Below, piece after piece: positions 22,546 through 35,162 of a stretch of 64,000 nucleotides of DNA (the stretch's first letter is position 1; each line of letters begins with the position of its first letter). The position numbers were made by a program, and so were the translations under genes. Below the pieces are notes generated by a model. That model saw only the letters and a program-made list of their open reading frames with translations, did not search any database and was not told where the DNA came from. The stretch comes from Eutreptiella sp. 'Long Island Sound 2002' (lineage: Eukaryota > Protista > Euglenida), in NCBI GenBank assembly GCA_964036045.1, contig OZ038379.1, forward strand, positions 24,242,001-24,306,000, read 5' to 3'.

Positions 22546-25500
22546 ACCATCGTTGGGCCGTGAAAAGGTAGGTTACGAGGTCGGCTGTGTTGGTATGGTC
22601 TTGTGAAGGAAACAATTTGAGTCTTTTGCAATCTGCAGTCCATCTCATCCCATCCCAGTCGACATAACAGACGCTGGACATGCACTACCGACAACAGGCA
22701 GACAGTTGTTTGACAGCCCGGCGGTTCTGGATCAAACCGTGATGCACAGCCACAGACCGGGTGCGCCAGACAAGTGCTCTAAGAAACTACATGATTTCGC
22801 AGTCATTGTTGGTCCGTAAGGCTGGGCTGCAGTCTACAACATCCAACGCCTCTGCAGGGCGGCGGCCACCAGGATTCGAACCCGGGCCCACTGATAGGTT
22901 GATGTCCTACGTCAGGAGACTACAAGGAGACTTGAGTTTGGCAAGAAACAGACTCAGACGAACAGTAAGTTGCAGCCCAACCCATCCCAAGCAGTCGATG
23001 AGAGACTGGTAGCAACCCGGGCTCCAAAAGGTGGGTCTTGTAAGTTCCCGTATCGTCTTCCAAAGGGGTGGTGCTCAAGGCTTGAGGTTTACCTCGCACC
23101 ATCTTGTGTTCTGTTCGTGACCCAACTCGGAACATACGTGCAGTGCCGACAAGCGTGCTGCGAGCAGACAACCAGAGGACACTTCCCTGTGCCTACGGCA
23201 CGATGTCCGACCTGTTGCAGTGCCAAAAGCACTCGGCAGCGCAACCATCACAAAGTGCCTTGCCTCGCGTGCCGCGTGTGTTGCAGGACTGCTGCACGCT
23301 GGAGTTCCAATAATGGAAACAACGATTTGGAAAAATCGGGGATGCGACGGATCAAAGGCCAAAAGGGCCACATGCAAAGGTGACAAGTGACGGAAACGGA
23401 CTCCTGTGTAGTGAAAGCAAACATTCAACAGCGCACGTGGGTCGGAAGCTTGCTCTACCTGAAGGGTGGGACGAAAGGACGTTTAGGGAAGCCAAAGCTC
23501 CGAAGTAAAGACCCTGGGACTGAACTCACTTGGGAGCGGGAGGGGGACAGGGCGGCATACGAACGAAGAATGCAGCGATGAAAGGGAGGGATACCGGCAT
23601 CCCGCACCGGGAGTGGTGTCTGACAAGTGAAAGGATGTTGCAAATGCAACGAAAGTGGGTCGGAGTGAAAAGGCGACGGAAGCAAGGCGAAAGCAAACAC
23701 CAGAGCAAAAGCAGCAGGAGCTGCCAAGCACCGAAAGCAGCCGAAAGGAACGAGAAACAAACAGATGTTCGAACGCCGTGACGGGCGTAAAATCAAGCAC
23801 ATTGACGACACTCAGAAGCCGAAAACCGACGAGAGGTGAAGTCAAGCGAAATGGGACGCAAGTGACAAGCCGAAAACCAACTCAGGGAGCTTAGATGTTC
23901 AGGTGCCGTGAGGGAAAGAAGGCGTGACGTTGTATACGCTCACGTGAAGAAAGATGGTTCCAATTTGACCACTCCCACAAACTGTCCCGCTGTTTTATCT
24001 CGGGTGCAGGGACCACACAGTGTACTTTTGTTCCAGACCTGTCACAAATGAAGTTCGGCGTAAAAATGGGTAACATGATGAGAGCTTCGGCTTTTTGTGG
24101 GGTTTGAATTTTTTATTTTTGTACTAGTTTTTCGACCACAAGCACAAAAAAAAGATATTTTCGCACAGCTTACGTAATCCCCGGTACTGGCGGTGTTAGC
24201 GGTGCCGCCGCGCCTGGTGCAATAAAATTTTTTGATTTCTCTCATTCTTCCCTCTGATTAAGCATCGCGGCTTCATGCAATACATACAGCATAAGTGCAT
24301 GTTTGACTGCTTTATTTCATAGTGGAGGGCCGTGGGCCGTTTGTGAGCGAAATCTTTACGTAACAAAAGCGCAGAGCCGTTCATTTCCAAGGAACTTTCA
24401 TTGGATTTTTCGGTTTGAAGCTTTGAATTCGAATCCAAAGGGCCCATTCCCGATTTAGGCAGAGCCCTCCTCCCCCCATCCCGTCAAGGAGATATGATGT
24501 GCCCTCCGTGCGGAGTTTTTCGTGCACCGTCGCATTTGCATCGTATAACGAACCATGCACCTTTGTTGATAGCAATGGCGAATGTGCGATATTGAGATTG
24601 ATATTGCGAGATTGAGATGGACTAATTACGTACTATGGCACAAAAGGACGATCGATCCTTGGTAGTGAAGAACGTGGGACCGTTGACCGAGGTTTGCTGA
24701 TCCGCTAATACGAATCCTGTTGCAAATTCTGCACATGTGCTGCTACGGTCTCGAGCATAAGCCTATTAAGTGTCATCGGAATAGCCGCATGAAAGATAAA
24801 AGGAAGCGATATCCCCTCCCGATAAGAAAATTTGAGTCCTCGACATCCCTCTAAACGGATGCTCAACCTAGGGGCCACGTGAATCATCCGGACGCTATGC
24901 TCCCAGGTTGTGTACGCTTGAAAATGCTTTGTGTCATGCTGATGCATCCAGTAGTTACTGAACGAGGTTTCATACGAGGGTTGTCTATCCTCCGAAGGCG
25001 TGACACCATTTGCAAGACATGGTGACCATCTACGTGCATTTTTAACTCCCTTAGAACGACATTTCGGAACTTTTTGGGAACGACTTCTCGAATGCCATCT
25101 CAGCCATTAGCATCGTGAGCCCCTTCCAAAAAGGTGTGTTCACTTGACATGTTTCGGTTGATTGACATGTTTCCACACACACACACACGAGGTTATTCTT
25201 CATGGCACAAATGCTTTGCTCTGCATTGTTCACACAACGACGGCGCGCACATCTTGTTGTCAAGCCCAAAGAACAACACACTTACAACTACCACTCAAGC
25301 GACCGAAAGTAGAGAATTTATGTATTACACAGAATGCGGTCGAAACGCATCCGTAAACTAAGCGCCCGAAGAACATTGTTCTCTGAAGCACCGTGTGGGA
25401 AGAGGGCTTTGCCAGCTTACCTAGGCCCAAAACGAAAAATAGAAGCTCCTCATTCGACATGCACGACCACGCTTCATCTGCCGTTGCAATGTTTTTGGAC

Positions 25501-25768
25501 AACACGGTGGTTTCTACAACGAACATAGAAGCGCCACACAGGTAAAGGATCCAAGGTAAAAGGATCCAAGCTGCATAGAGTTCACCCGGTTTGCAAGCAT
25601 CGACGCCCGTCATTGTGCCGCTCATAACCCGGATTTAGCACCGTCGCCAACAGTTTGCATCACGTGTGTCGAATTCAATGATTCATTTCCATGGGGAAAA
25701 TTTTACGTTGACTCCGGCTGTTTCGTTGCTACAGTTTGTCAATTTTGTGAATGGTCTCGCTTGCTCCT

Positions 25769-25943
25769 AGGTGAGAGTTGCCCTGGAAAGTATGCCGTCG
25801 TTGAGTTTAAGGACCGTAGTACTGCAAGGAAGGCTTTGCATAAGAAGCAACGAATGCGTTATTCACTTGATGATGTCGTACAAAAGTCCTTGCATTTGGT
25901 ATGTTACCCAAAGGTCGTGGATGCTATGGTGAAGAATATGAGG
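25769..25943 (+). other. Exon-like segment encoding an RRM RNP1-like motif
   Basis: PGKYAVVEFKDRSTARKAL resembles RNP1 plus helix 2; the segment is flanked by CCTAG| and GAG|GTAAA. The rest of the gene was not resolved. Confidence 0.35.
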
Positions 25944-28900
25944 TAAAATGCGTGGAAGAGTTCCTTGCCAATCATATTGATGGTCAGTCCATGTCGTTTG
26001 CTTGGGCTCGTGTACAATCACATTGATTAGGATTGGGCAAACCGGATGAAAGAAACGAAACAACGTGAAGGCGGGATTCATGAGCCCAAGGGCCGCCGAG
26101 GTGCCCAAGCATCTCGCCGACCGCGGACGCATCATATCGTGAAAAGACAAGATCGGCAAGACGCGCCAATTGATCAAGCAAGAGATTTCATCAATGACAG
26201 GTTTCTTTTTGGTGCTATTCAAACACCTCTTTGTTGTGTCTTCCATGTTGTTATTCCAGAACCATCTGACTTTTTCCAATGTATACCTCCTATATTGTAT
26301 TGGCATGCTTTGCAAAACTCCAAAAGCGTGCCGGATCTAAGATGTCACCCGTTTGAAACTTATTGTCTATTCATTTTGTTGGGAACACGTACAAAAGCGG
26401 ACATATGGGTTTGTTGCAATATTGCACATGACAATGTTGATAGATTACGGCTCGTGTGAGATTGGGGACTACTACCAAGCCACTACCAAGTTGCAAAAGC
26501 AAAGAAATTCAGAGCATCCAAGTGGTTTGCATGCTTCTTCGGCCCGTCACACAACAAATTGCCCAAAAAAATGATCCGCATGATGAAAAGAACTCGACGA
26601 TGCCCTATGGGCTCAGTTCTTTGCTCATTGGTCAATTCAATTCTTAACTTCACTTGTTCATTTCATAGGTCTCGAGACATTACTACGAAGCAGAACAGGT
26701 GTACGTTTTTTTTGCTTGTACATGAGAAGCATGTGTGATATGATAAGAAATCGGTGTCGAATAGTGACTTGCATTTTTTAACCAGTAACCTCGTTCCACC
26801 ATTTTACGACGAATTGCCCCCCACGATTCGATTGTTAGGAGAGTGGTTGTCGGCGATGGAGGATCACGACCTTTACATTTGGGAAATCCTTCACAAAGAG
26901 ATCGAGCTCCGCGTGTTCTAAGCAGGGGTCCCAACGATCGCTTTGCTACTCATGCGAGGGTATGGCTCTTTAATGCGAGTATTTCCTTTTGAAGATTCCG
27001 ATCATAATGAATTTCGAATATATAACAAGGGTTTCATATTTCCTTTTTCAACATTGAGAAGCCCATGCATGATCCCAAGCCAACACAAGATCCGAGCTGC
27101 ACGTTCATTTCGTCCATGAAACCTACAAAAAGTTGGCAACCAATTTTCCATGTGAATTGAGGTGCTCGCCCGACACTCGCGTGTTGTATGCCCTCAATGT
27201 ACCTGCTTTTTTGAAATAGGGACAAAGAGAGCAACGACCAAGAGAACGGTTGAATGGGAAAGGGAACAGTTTTGTGGAAAGCACCAACAGGTACCGTTTA
27301 CATTTGTGTCTCTTTTTAGTTGATGTTCAACATCTTTGCATGTGGGTGCCATGATGTGTTTTTGCAACATGTAGACATGCTCTACTGCGTAAATTCTTCA
27401 TTAGAGTTTTGGAACAGTGAAGGGTGAAGGTGACAAACTAAATTTAGCCACCAGATTGACAACATTGCGTGCCCAAAGTGAAGTTTCAAGGGGAAAGGGC
27501 CTACTAACTTAGCCATCAGGGGGCCTCAAAATGAGCTCTCATTGAAATGCTCACTGACTGCTAGCTCACTAGCAATTGAACCGCAACCGAGCCATTGTTT
27601 AAAAAAATGGCGTCATGCAGCTGAATATGGGTACTGTGGATTGACAGGAAGAGGTAAACCGCCAATGCCACCAAAAATGGGTTTCTTGCATGCTAGGTAA
27701 TGTTTCTAAGTGATTTGCAGTGTCATTTGGTCCACCCAATATACATGAGGAAAGAAAATCATCCATTGTAGCTTGGATTCTATGCGTGCTTAGTGCGGGT
27801 GCCGTTTCAAAAGTGTTTGAACAACACGTGCATCACATGTAATGCACAAATGGATGGAAACAATTCCTACATCAAATACTTTGACAGCCAAAAAAAGGGT
27901 TTGTTCTGCATTTTCATGATTAGAGTTTAGATTAGCTAGCTAACATCTCTCGGCGTTGAGCGCGAAAGCATCAGAGTACAACGGGGGATATTTTAAATTC
28001 GACGTAGTTTCCGTCAAATTGAAACGTGTAGCGTGCAGAAATACCGATTCGTTCTTTAGAATAGATTACATCTAATTGACACGCGGTCCCGGCACTCTTG
28101 GTCCCGGCACTCTTGGAATGTTCAATGTGCTATCCTTTTTGGGCGATTGTTTTCCATTATGGGTGTAGATCTTACTTATTGTAGTTGCTACCCTCCAACG
28201 TGAGCACAGAGAGACAGTGCAACTGCTAAATTCCAATGCCTGAAATAGGTTGAGGAGTATAGAGTAGTACACGAGGCAAATGGTCAAAAATTCACAGGGG
28301 AAAAACTCATTGCCCCTCATTCATACATTTCCATATCTTTCACCATCCGGAATGCAGCGACATACATTCCTTGTGTTATGATTGTGTTTGCTCCGCCAAA
28401 CCAATCTTCTTGAGGCCGATGTGGCAACGGCAAAGGCTTTCAAGGAGTTTGGTAGTTGCCCCTACATCACCTGTTGCCCGTTGAAAGACGTGTCATACAC
28501 GGGGGGAGGGGGATGCCTACAATGGACTTTGATCCTTCGAAGCAGTGGGCCCAGTAACTACCTACGTCCCTAGATGTGGTGCACATCAATCCCTTGGGTT
28601 GTGTGCCATGTGCATCCATGCATCCAAGTTGTTCATTTCCACCCCACCTGGTGCATGCTGTGCACCGGTTTGTACTACTAGGCTGGTGGGAAGTTGGAGG
28701 GCAGCCCCGAAGTTTTTGGTCCGCGACCGTAGATGGGCTACGACATCCGCCGGGTGTTGAAAGCCGGTGATAAGGCTTGCTTGTGCACATGTGACATGTG
28801 CCTGCCATACCATCCGATTGTTGGTTTCCAATTCAGTCTCCGCTAGTGTGAGGATCGGGGCAGGTGGAGTATGCTGCGGGATTATTTTTTGTTTGCCGAC

Positions 28901-29199
28901 GCTCGTCTCTGCGTTGAGTTATGTCTTCTGTGCATTTTAGCCTATGACCGGTCACTGAGGGCATGTTGTGCATTGCTTGCTCGCAAGCCTTGAATCGAAT
29001 ATCATTGACACCTTTGCACACCACTAGGGTGGTGAATGGGAGTGGTGGGAAAGCTTGTGGGTTTCTCCCATCATTGCCAGGCTGTGCTTCATGACAACAA
29101 ACAACACCACCCCTCTCCTGTGCAGCATTGGGGGCATGGTACACCCCCCCCCCCCCAAACTCTGGTGCCCGCCCAAGAAACGTAATCGGAAATTTGACC

Positions 29200-29650
29200 A
29201 CGCAGAGGAGATCACGGCGGAACATGCAAGAGTAACCCAAGTATACAAACAGCAAGGGTGGACCATGTGCACTTTGGGGACAGCCGGGACACAGCGACTT
29301 TCATCCCCCTGGATGAAGAGCAAACAAACATCCGGGGTGAACTTCGAGCATCGCGGTGTGCCCTGGAAGGCCGGCGGCCAGGAGAACACATGCTGATCTG
29401 TCCAGATTGCCAGCTGATCGTCAATGGTATGTTGGGGTGGGCACAAAAGTGGCGCCAACACAGATGGGCGAGCAAAAAGCGCCCCATCCAGCACAGGGAC
29501 CTGTGGGAAGTGCTACTCACTACTCAACCTCACCGAAGCAGCAGGCCCCAACGTGAAGTGGTTGCACACCCCGTCGCATATTGACATACTCGAAAATACG
29601 AGAGCGGACCATTTGGCCGATATGGGGCGCAAGCGGTCCCCACTCCTCTT
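29200..29650 (+). pseudogene. RNase HI relic (probably from an RNase H-bearing retroelement), frameshifted
   Basis: VHFGD..., EQTNIRGELRA, ICPDCQLIVNGMLGWAQKW...HRDLWEVLL, then VKWLHTPSHIDILENTRADHLAD. The first catalytic Asp segment is absent, and a 7-bp duplication CTACTCA (29513-29526) shifts the frame. Confidence 0.8.
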
Positions 29651-32600
29651 TGGCCACATCTCAGCCCACCCTAGGCGACAAGAGGAACAGGCAGAGGTAG
29701 AATTGGATGACGAACTAGACCTGGCGTGGGAATGGGAGCCCAGTGAGGAAGAGGAGGACATTGAAACCCCCCCGTGCAAGCAGAAGACCCCATGCAAAAT
29801 ACCCCCCAACGACCTGCGCCAAGACAGGGGAGGGGGGGGGGAACGACAGACACCCCCGCCCCCTCCCCACTGTGGGACGTAGAGGTGTGCACCCCAGTAC
29901 AAATACCCAAGCGACAGAGAGTGCAAACCCCTTGCCACATCATGCCACTGCCGTTCCCGAGGCTGGCGAATGAACAGGTGTTGGACAAGCAACGCCAGTG
30001 ACACCGGCGGCGGTGACTACACCATATTCTGTGGGGAACCGTAATACCTTCTAGACGCCAAATGCGCAGCCACCCATGACCCCACGCGTATCTACTGCAG
30101 TCCCTCAATCTGGTGCTCATGGACAATGAGGGGGAAACCCAAAACAGCGAGGAATCCTCCCGGTCCACAGATTCCCAGGGATCTGCGGCCACGACAAGAA
30201 CGTGCAACACAGAGGGTTCGCAATGTGCCACACTGTGATCAGCAGCTGATGGCAATGGAGGAGTCCATTCGGTTGTGCAACCGCCCTGACCAGCCTCCCA
30301 GCAAGCAGATCACAACCCCCTCCCCCCCTGTTGTATGTTGTATGTTCTTGACCCCCAAACCAAGCGCCTATACCCACTGGATTTTTCAACTTAAGGACCA
30401 CAAATACGCCGGACCCAAGAGGGCCAAGAGGGAGCCAGGTTCATAAGCACCTGGGGAAGGAATGATCCCTGACCAGCATGTACGCCTAAACCTATAGAGT
30501 CCTGACGGTCGTAACCCATCCATTCAGGGTAGGTGAGGGCTGGAACTTGCCAAAGAACCTGGGTGTGCTGGATGCGCTGACATGGACAGTTGGCAGTGAA
30601 GGCTGTGGGGCAGGCGCAGCTGGAGCCTAATGCGGACAATGCAAGCTGACCATTGATGCCCCCCCCCCCGTGAATTTCTCTTGCCCCAAAGTGTACTCTC
30701 ATGAGCTACAGCTCTGGATATCAAGTCCAACGATGCTATGCCAGAGTTAGGGATCAAGATTGTCAAGGGAGTGTTGGATAAGGACCTTGCACAATGGTAT
30801 ACCACTGTAACGTCCTATTTTGACACCAAGGGACCAGCACGTGATGCATTTTGAAATCTCGTCTCAACTCCCCCGAGTCCTATTTGGCAGATCCGAAACC
30901 GCTACACCCTTGGGTTACAAGCCTAGCAGCTGGCTTTTTTTCCGGAAGGGATCCCCTCGAGCGGTCTACTAAGTTGGGCAACACTAAGTGGCCTGCCGTG
31001 AGGGATCTCTTTTCAACGTAGTGGTCGACAAGGCGGGGAATGTAAAGGGGAGGAGACCTAGCACATGGATATCGGTCGGCTACCAAGACACTCCTTTGCA
31101 AAGCTGGGCTCCCCAAGCACCTCTCAATGATGCTTGTTGAGCGAGAGCTGAAACAATTCCCCAGCCAAGGTGAATGAGCCTCATGTGAGAGCTCATTGAA
31201 TGGCTCACTAGAAACTAAGTGACCAACTTGGTGCAGGCTCGGCAGCAAATTAGTAACCCTATTGTCAAGTACCCTTGACGTAGCGGTAGTAATCAACTAA
31301 GGGAGTAAGGGACATCTGACCTCCCACCCCACCCCTGATAGCGACAAATTTTGACATGCATGAAAGCCAACACTTAGCCCCAAATGAGCAATTCTGGGTT
31401 TACTAGCCCCAATAAAGCAAATGCAGACAAACCGTGGGTACACACCAACCAGTTGCTGATTCGGGCACGGGGATGGAGTGGCAAGCAAAAGTGCGGTACA
31501 TGTGTATGTTGGGCGGGGTGTGTCCAGTAAAGGCTGAACAAGTTTGCCGGTTGGTATTTCCTGGTGTACGTACATGTTCATTTTCTGAGGAGGGAATCCT
31601 CCACTCATGGCTAAGTGGCCTGGTTGCCACAGAGGGCGGGCTCAAAAAAGTGCGAGAGGTGGGCAGCCTGCTCAGCTACCCCTAACTGGCGGGAAACATT
31701 ATTTGAACTGCGTTGAAGTAGGACAGTTTCCCCCCACTAACAGTCGGGGGAAATTGTTTTTACTGGGTGAGAGCGGGACAGTTGCCCCACCACTCACAAG
31801 TGCTGCTCAGTGCCGGCATGCTCCACACAAAGTCTTTCCTAAGAAAGCGGAGTTTGGAGGGTGCTCACCACCCCTGATGTGGGAAATGTAACACAGGGCC
31901 AGGGGGTTCTGGATCACCAAGTGTTCGCCCATGCAGTGTGCAATGGGTGTTTCTCCTGCCAAGACCAGGCAGTGTTTTGCAGTGGGTGTGTGTCCTACCA
32001 AGGCTCTGCGGGCCTTGTTGGGGGGGTGGGGGGCTGGTTTTCTGCAACGGGTGTGGTGTATTGTGGCACGCCAACTCTTTCATCCCAGGGTTCGCCAATT
32101 CTTGGGGGGGGGGGATGAGGAGAGGGACTGGGAGGGGGAAGGGAAGGGGCGCGGAGAGAAGGCAGAGCAGGAAGAGCAGCTAAGAAGGGCGAGGCATGTG
32201 GATCTCATCTGTATGCCACTGGGGATGAAAGGCCCGAAGAGGCAGGTGCAAGTACAGGGGGAGGGATGGTGGCATGTGATGCAGCACCAGTTTGGACGGG
32301 GCAACATACCAAGGGACTGGATGGGGTTGCGAAGGTGCACTCAAATCATTTTGATTGTTTGGCAAGGGGTGTTTTTTCCAGCCGGTCTTGGAGAACATTT
32401 CATCTGCTTACCTCAGGTTGGAAAATGATGGTTGGAGTCGGAATTCACGGGACGGTTGGAAAAGAAGCAGGTATCGCCATCTGTTGCCATTACAATATGC
32501 CTGCGACACATCAGTGGACAAGCATCAAAATGTTTCTCATTCACGCTGCAATCACACATTCACACTCCATTTTATTTGGGGGGGGGGGGGCAGTTGACAT

Positions 32601-34245
32601 TGAAGAACTGCTGCTCACTAGGTGCTGCCACCAAAGCATGTTTATGGTCAGATGGTATCTCTGGTATGGCAAGTGTTGTGCTCAAAGCTCAGTATGCCCC
32701 CAGGGAGCCTCAAATATGCACAACTGTGCATCCACTCAAAGTTTTCCTGTTTACCTGTTCTGGCTCAATTTCACCACGGTTCATCGTTGCATCTTTTTTC
32801 GCTCCTGGTTGATGCAATTTCTGTGCTGGGATTTGTCTGGACCGCAGGACCAATTATTTTGTTGCATTCTCTGCACTGTCTGAGGTTATGGGAGGTTGAG
32901 TTCTAGCATTTGCATTCTTGCATCACTGAAATTGTTACGGCACATTAATTTTTGTGTGCAGATCTTTGGTGCAGGATGAGGATGAGGAATTCTACTCCGA
33001 GGATGAGGATCATCCCAAACGTTTGAGGTCTTTCAACTGCCTGAATTGCCTTGCCCTGCCCATGCAACCTTCTTGTCCTTCTAGTGCCCAGTGCTCAGAG
33101 AGGGCACCTCCAATGCTGAGATAGGGGGTCTTGTATCCAGTGTTCAATTCACACAGTTGCAAACATACCTGCCCAAATCAATGTAGAAATGAAACCAATC
33201 AATGCACACACCAACATTTATGTTTGCATGTTTCATCACCTGTACAAGTGAACTCAGACCAACAAAGCACAACGAGAAACTTTGTTGAGGTACAGTTCCC
33301 AGTGGGGCGGCGGGCCAGTCCTTTAACGCAACCCTCACACTCTGGATTTTGAGGGATAGTGGTCGCGGGGTCATGGCACCAACAGCATCAGTACTTTTTT
33401 TTTGTGCCCAGCTCCAGGGGTAACCACCTCAAAGATAGGTGGTTAGATCTAGCGTGGGTGCAGGCGTCGTTTTCCCCCCCTTTTGGGAGGGGTCATTCGC
33501 GTAGCTTACCCCAATGGGTGACATCAGATGTCAAACTCCTTGTTAAATCATCATTTTGGGGGAGAAAATTATGCTCAAATTTTTCAATTTTGCCCCCCCC
33601 CCCCACCCCCGACCTGGGTACCACTTTTTAGCGGGAATGGGGGGCTGGGGGGTTGAAAATTTGTTTGCGTATTGTGGCCGCCGTGCGTCCATTCATACTC
33701 AGATTTGAACAATTTTTTCTTGTACATGGACCCGTGACCAATGGCGGGGTCCTGGGTCCAAACTTCAGGTACCCCCGGTCGGTCCCTGTATAGGCCCATG
33801 CTGGTGAGGACTTAGCCGGTAGCTATATGAGTGTTGCATGATGTCCAGTTTGAGTCGGTAGTGGCATTATTGGCACGGGGGCTGCCGCCAGCCAATGTGT
33901 GACCCCGAGGGGTGTTCGACAGTTTGGGGGGCTGTAGGGGGGGGGGGACCCCCACCCCCCTCCGAAGGGGGGGGGGGGACCCCACCCCTCCCCCCTTCGT
34001 TGACCCAAACCCAGCACCTTTTCCGGCAGGCCCCGTCCAAGCGCGCAAACACACAAAGCTAACAAGATGCACCGTGAATGGTGATTGTTTTGCAGCACTG
34101 CAGCACTTTCATAGCAGTACTGAATGTTGCCTTGAGTTCGCCCAAAGGCCTTTCCTTCCCCTTGTCACAAACCACAGACATATATGTAGAGAAGCGAAGG
34201 GAGTCTCAGACATATATATAGAGAAGCGAAGGGAGGAGAGGGGCC

Positions 34246-35115
34246 TCAAGCATCGGAATCATCCTCCCACTCGTCGCGTGCCCTCTTGCCGGTACTCTTG
34301 AGGCGAGCACGCTTCTTTGGCCGGGCTACTTGTGCTCTTGTGATCCGGCAGGCTGCCGGCCCATCAGACATGGATTCCGATGGCACATAGTCACTAGTGC
34401 CTGACGGGGCACTACTGCTGGAGGATGCACTCGTATTGGAGGAGGCATTGGTGGACGAGCTGCTGCTACTACTACTGCCACTGCTACTACTACCTTGGTT
34501 TGGCCCAGAGAGAAGAGCAGGGAGAACAGTGGGCAGAGCCGGCGGCGCAGCAGGCTTCGCCTTCGGTGGCAATGGGGCCCGGAAATTGTCAAAGGCTTGC
34601 AACACCTTTGTTTTCTCTTCTTCGCTGCACCCGGCATAGTCATGGGACACACCAGGGTGCACTTGTGCCATGTGGTGTGGCATGGCGTAGGTGCAATGCC
34701 ATTTTCGGCAATCAAGCACCTTGCAGCGAACCGGCAAGTTGGTGCTAGGGTTCATCGCTGTTGGGGTTGCCGCGCTGTTGAGCCGTAGCCGATGGTACGC
34801 GAGGCTGCAATTGCTGTCAATTTTCTTGCCGTGCACAGTTGTGCTGCACTTGCCATCTGTGTTGCCACACCACAAGCAAAACGCGCCTTTATCCGCACCC
34901 TCTTGGCCGGCCCACCTATGGCCTCGCAAAAAATGCCCAGCAATATGCGACCGCATTGAAGCGTGCATGAAAAATCGGTCGCAATTCAGAAAAGGGCAGG
35001 GCATACGTTTTGCTCCTGGAGCATTCCTCAGTTGCTCATGGTATTGAGCACAACCCAACGCCGCATACGGCACTAGCGGAACTGCCTTTGGCAAGGGGAC
35101 ATGCATCAGAAATCG
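34246..35115 (-). CDS. Cys/His-rich Zn-binding protein (C2H2-like, CxxC module, C2H2-like) with Pro/Ser-rich linker, basic NLS-like patch and acidic tail; 5' end unresolved
   Basis: CPFLNC...RSHIAGH; CLWCGNTDGKC...SNC; PSTNLPVRCKVLDC...HHMAQVH; SSSSGSSSSSSSS; RPKKRAR; EWEDDSDA*. Open for ~290 codons. Confidence 0.55.
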   Translation of the reverse strand, partial: RFLMHVPLPKAVPLVPYAALGCAQYHEQLRNAPGAKRMPCPFLNCDRFFMHASMRSHIAGHFLRGHRWAGQEGADKGAFCLWCGNTDGKCSTTVHGKKIDSNCSLAYHRLRLNSAATPTAMNPSTNLPVRCKVLDCRKWHCTYAMPHHMAQVHPGVSHDYAGCSEEEKTKVLQAFDNFRAPLPPKAKPAAPPALPTVLPALLSGPNQGSSSSGSSSSSSSSTNASSNTSASSSSSAPSGTSDYVPSESMSDGPAACRITRAQVARPKKRARLKSTGKRARDEWEDDSDA

Positions 35116-35162
35116 CGAAAGCTGTTCAATGGGGAACCACCCAAGGGGGATGAACAAAAAAA

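Noticed and set aside
22855-22900. tRNA gene or SINE (minus-strand CCGGGTTCGAATCCTGG T-arm/B-box)
   Set aside because: No complementary acceptor stem, D-arm or A-box at the expected distance; at most a half-tRNA relic.
21046-28100. Endogenous giant-virus segment carrying EFL
   Set aside because: No viral hallmark genes (MCP, polB, A32 ATPase, VLTF) are visible, and EFL is GC3-rich with a spliceosomal-type acceptor. It remains only a phylogenetic possibility.
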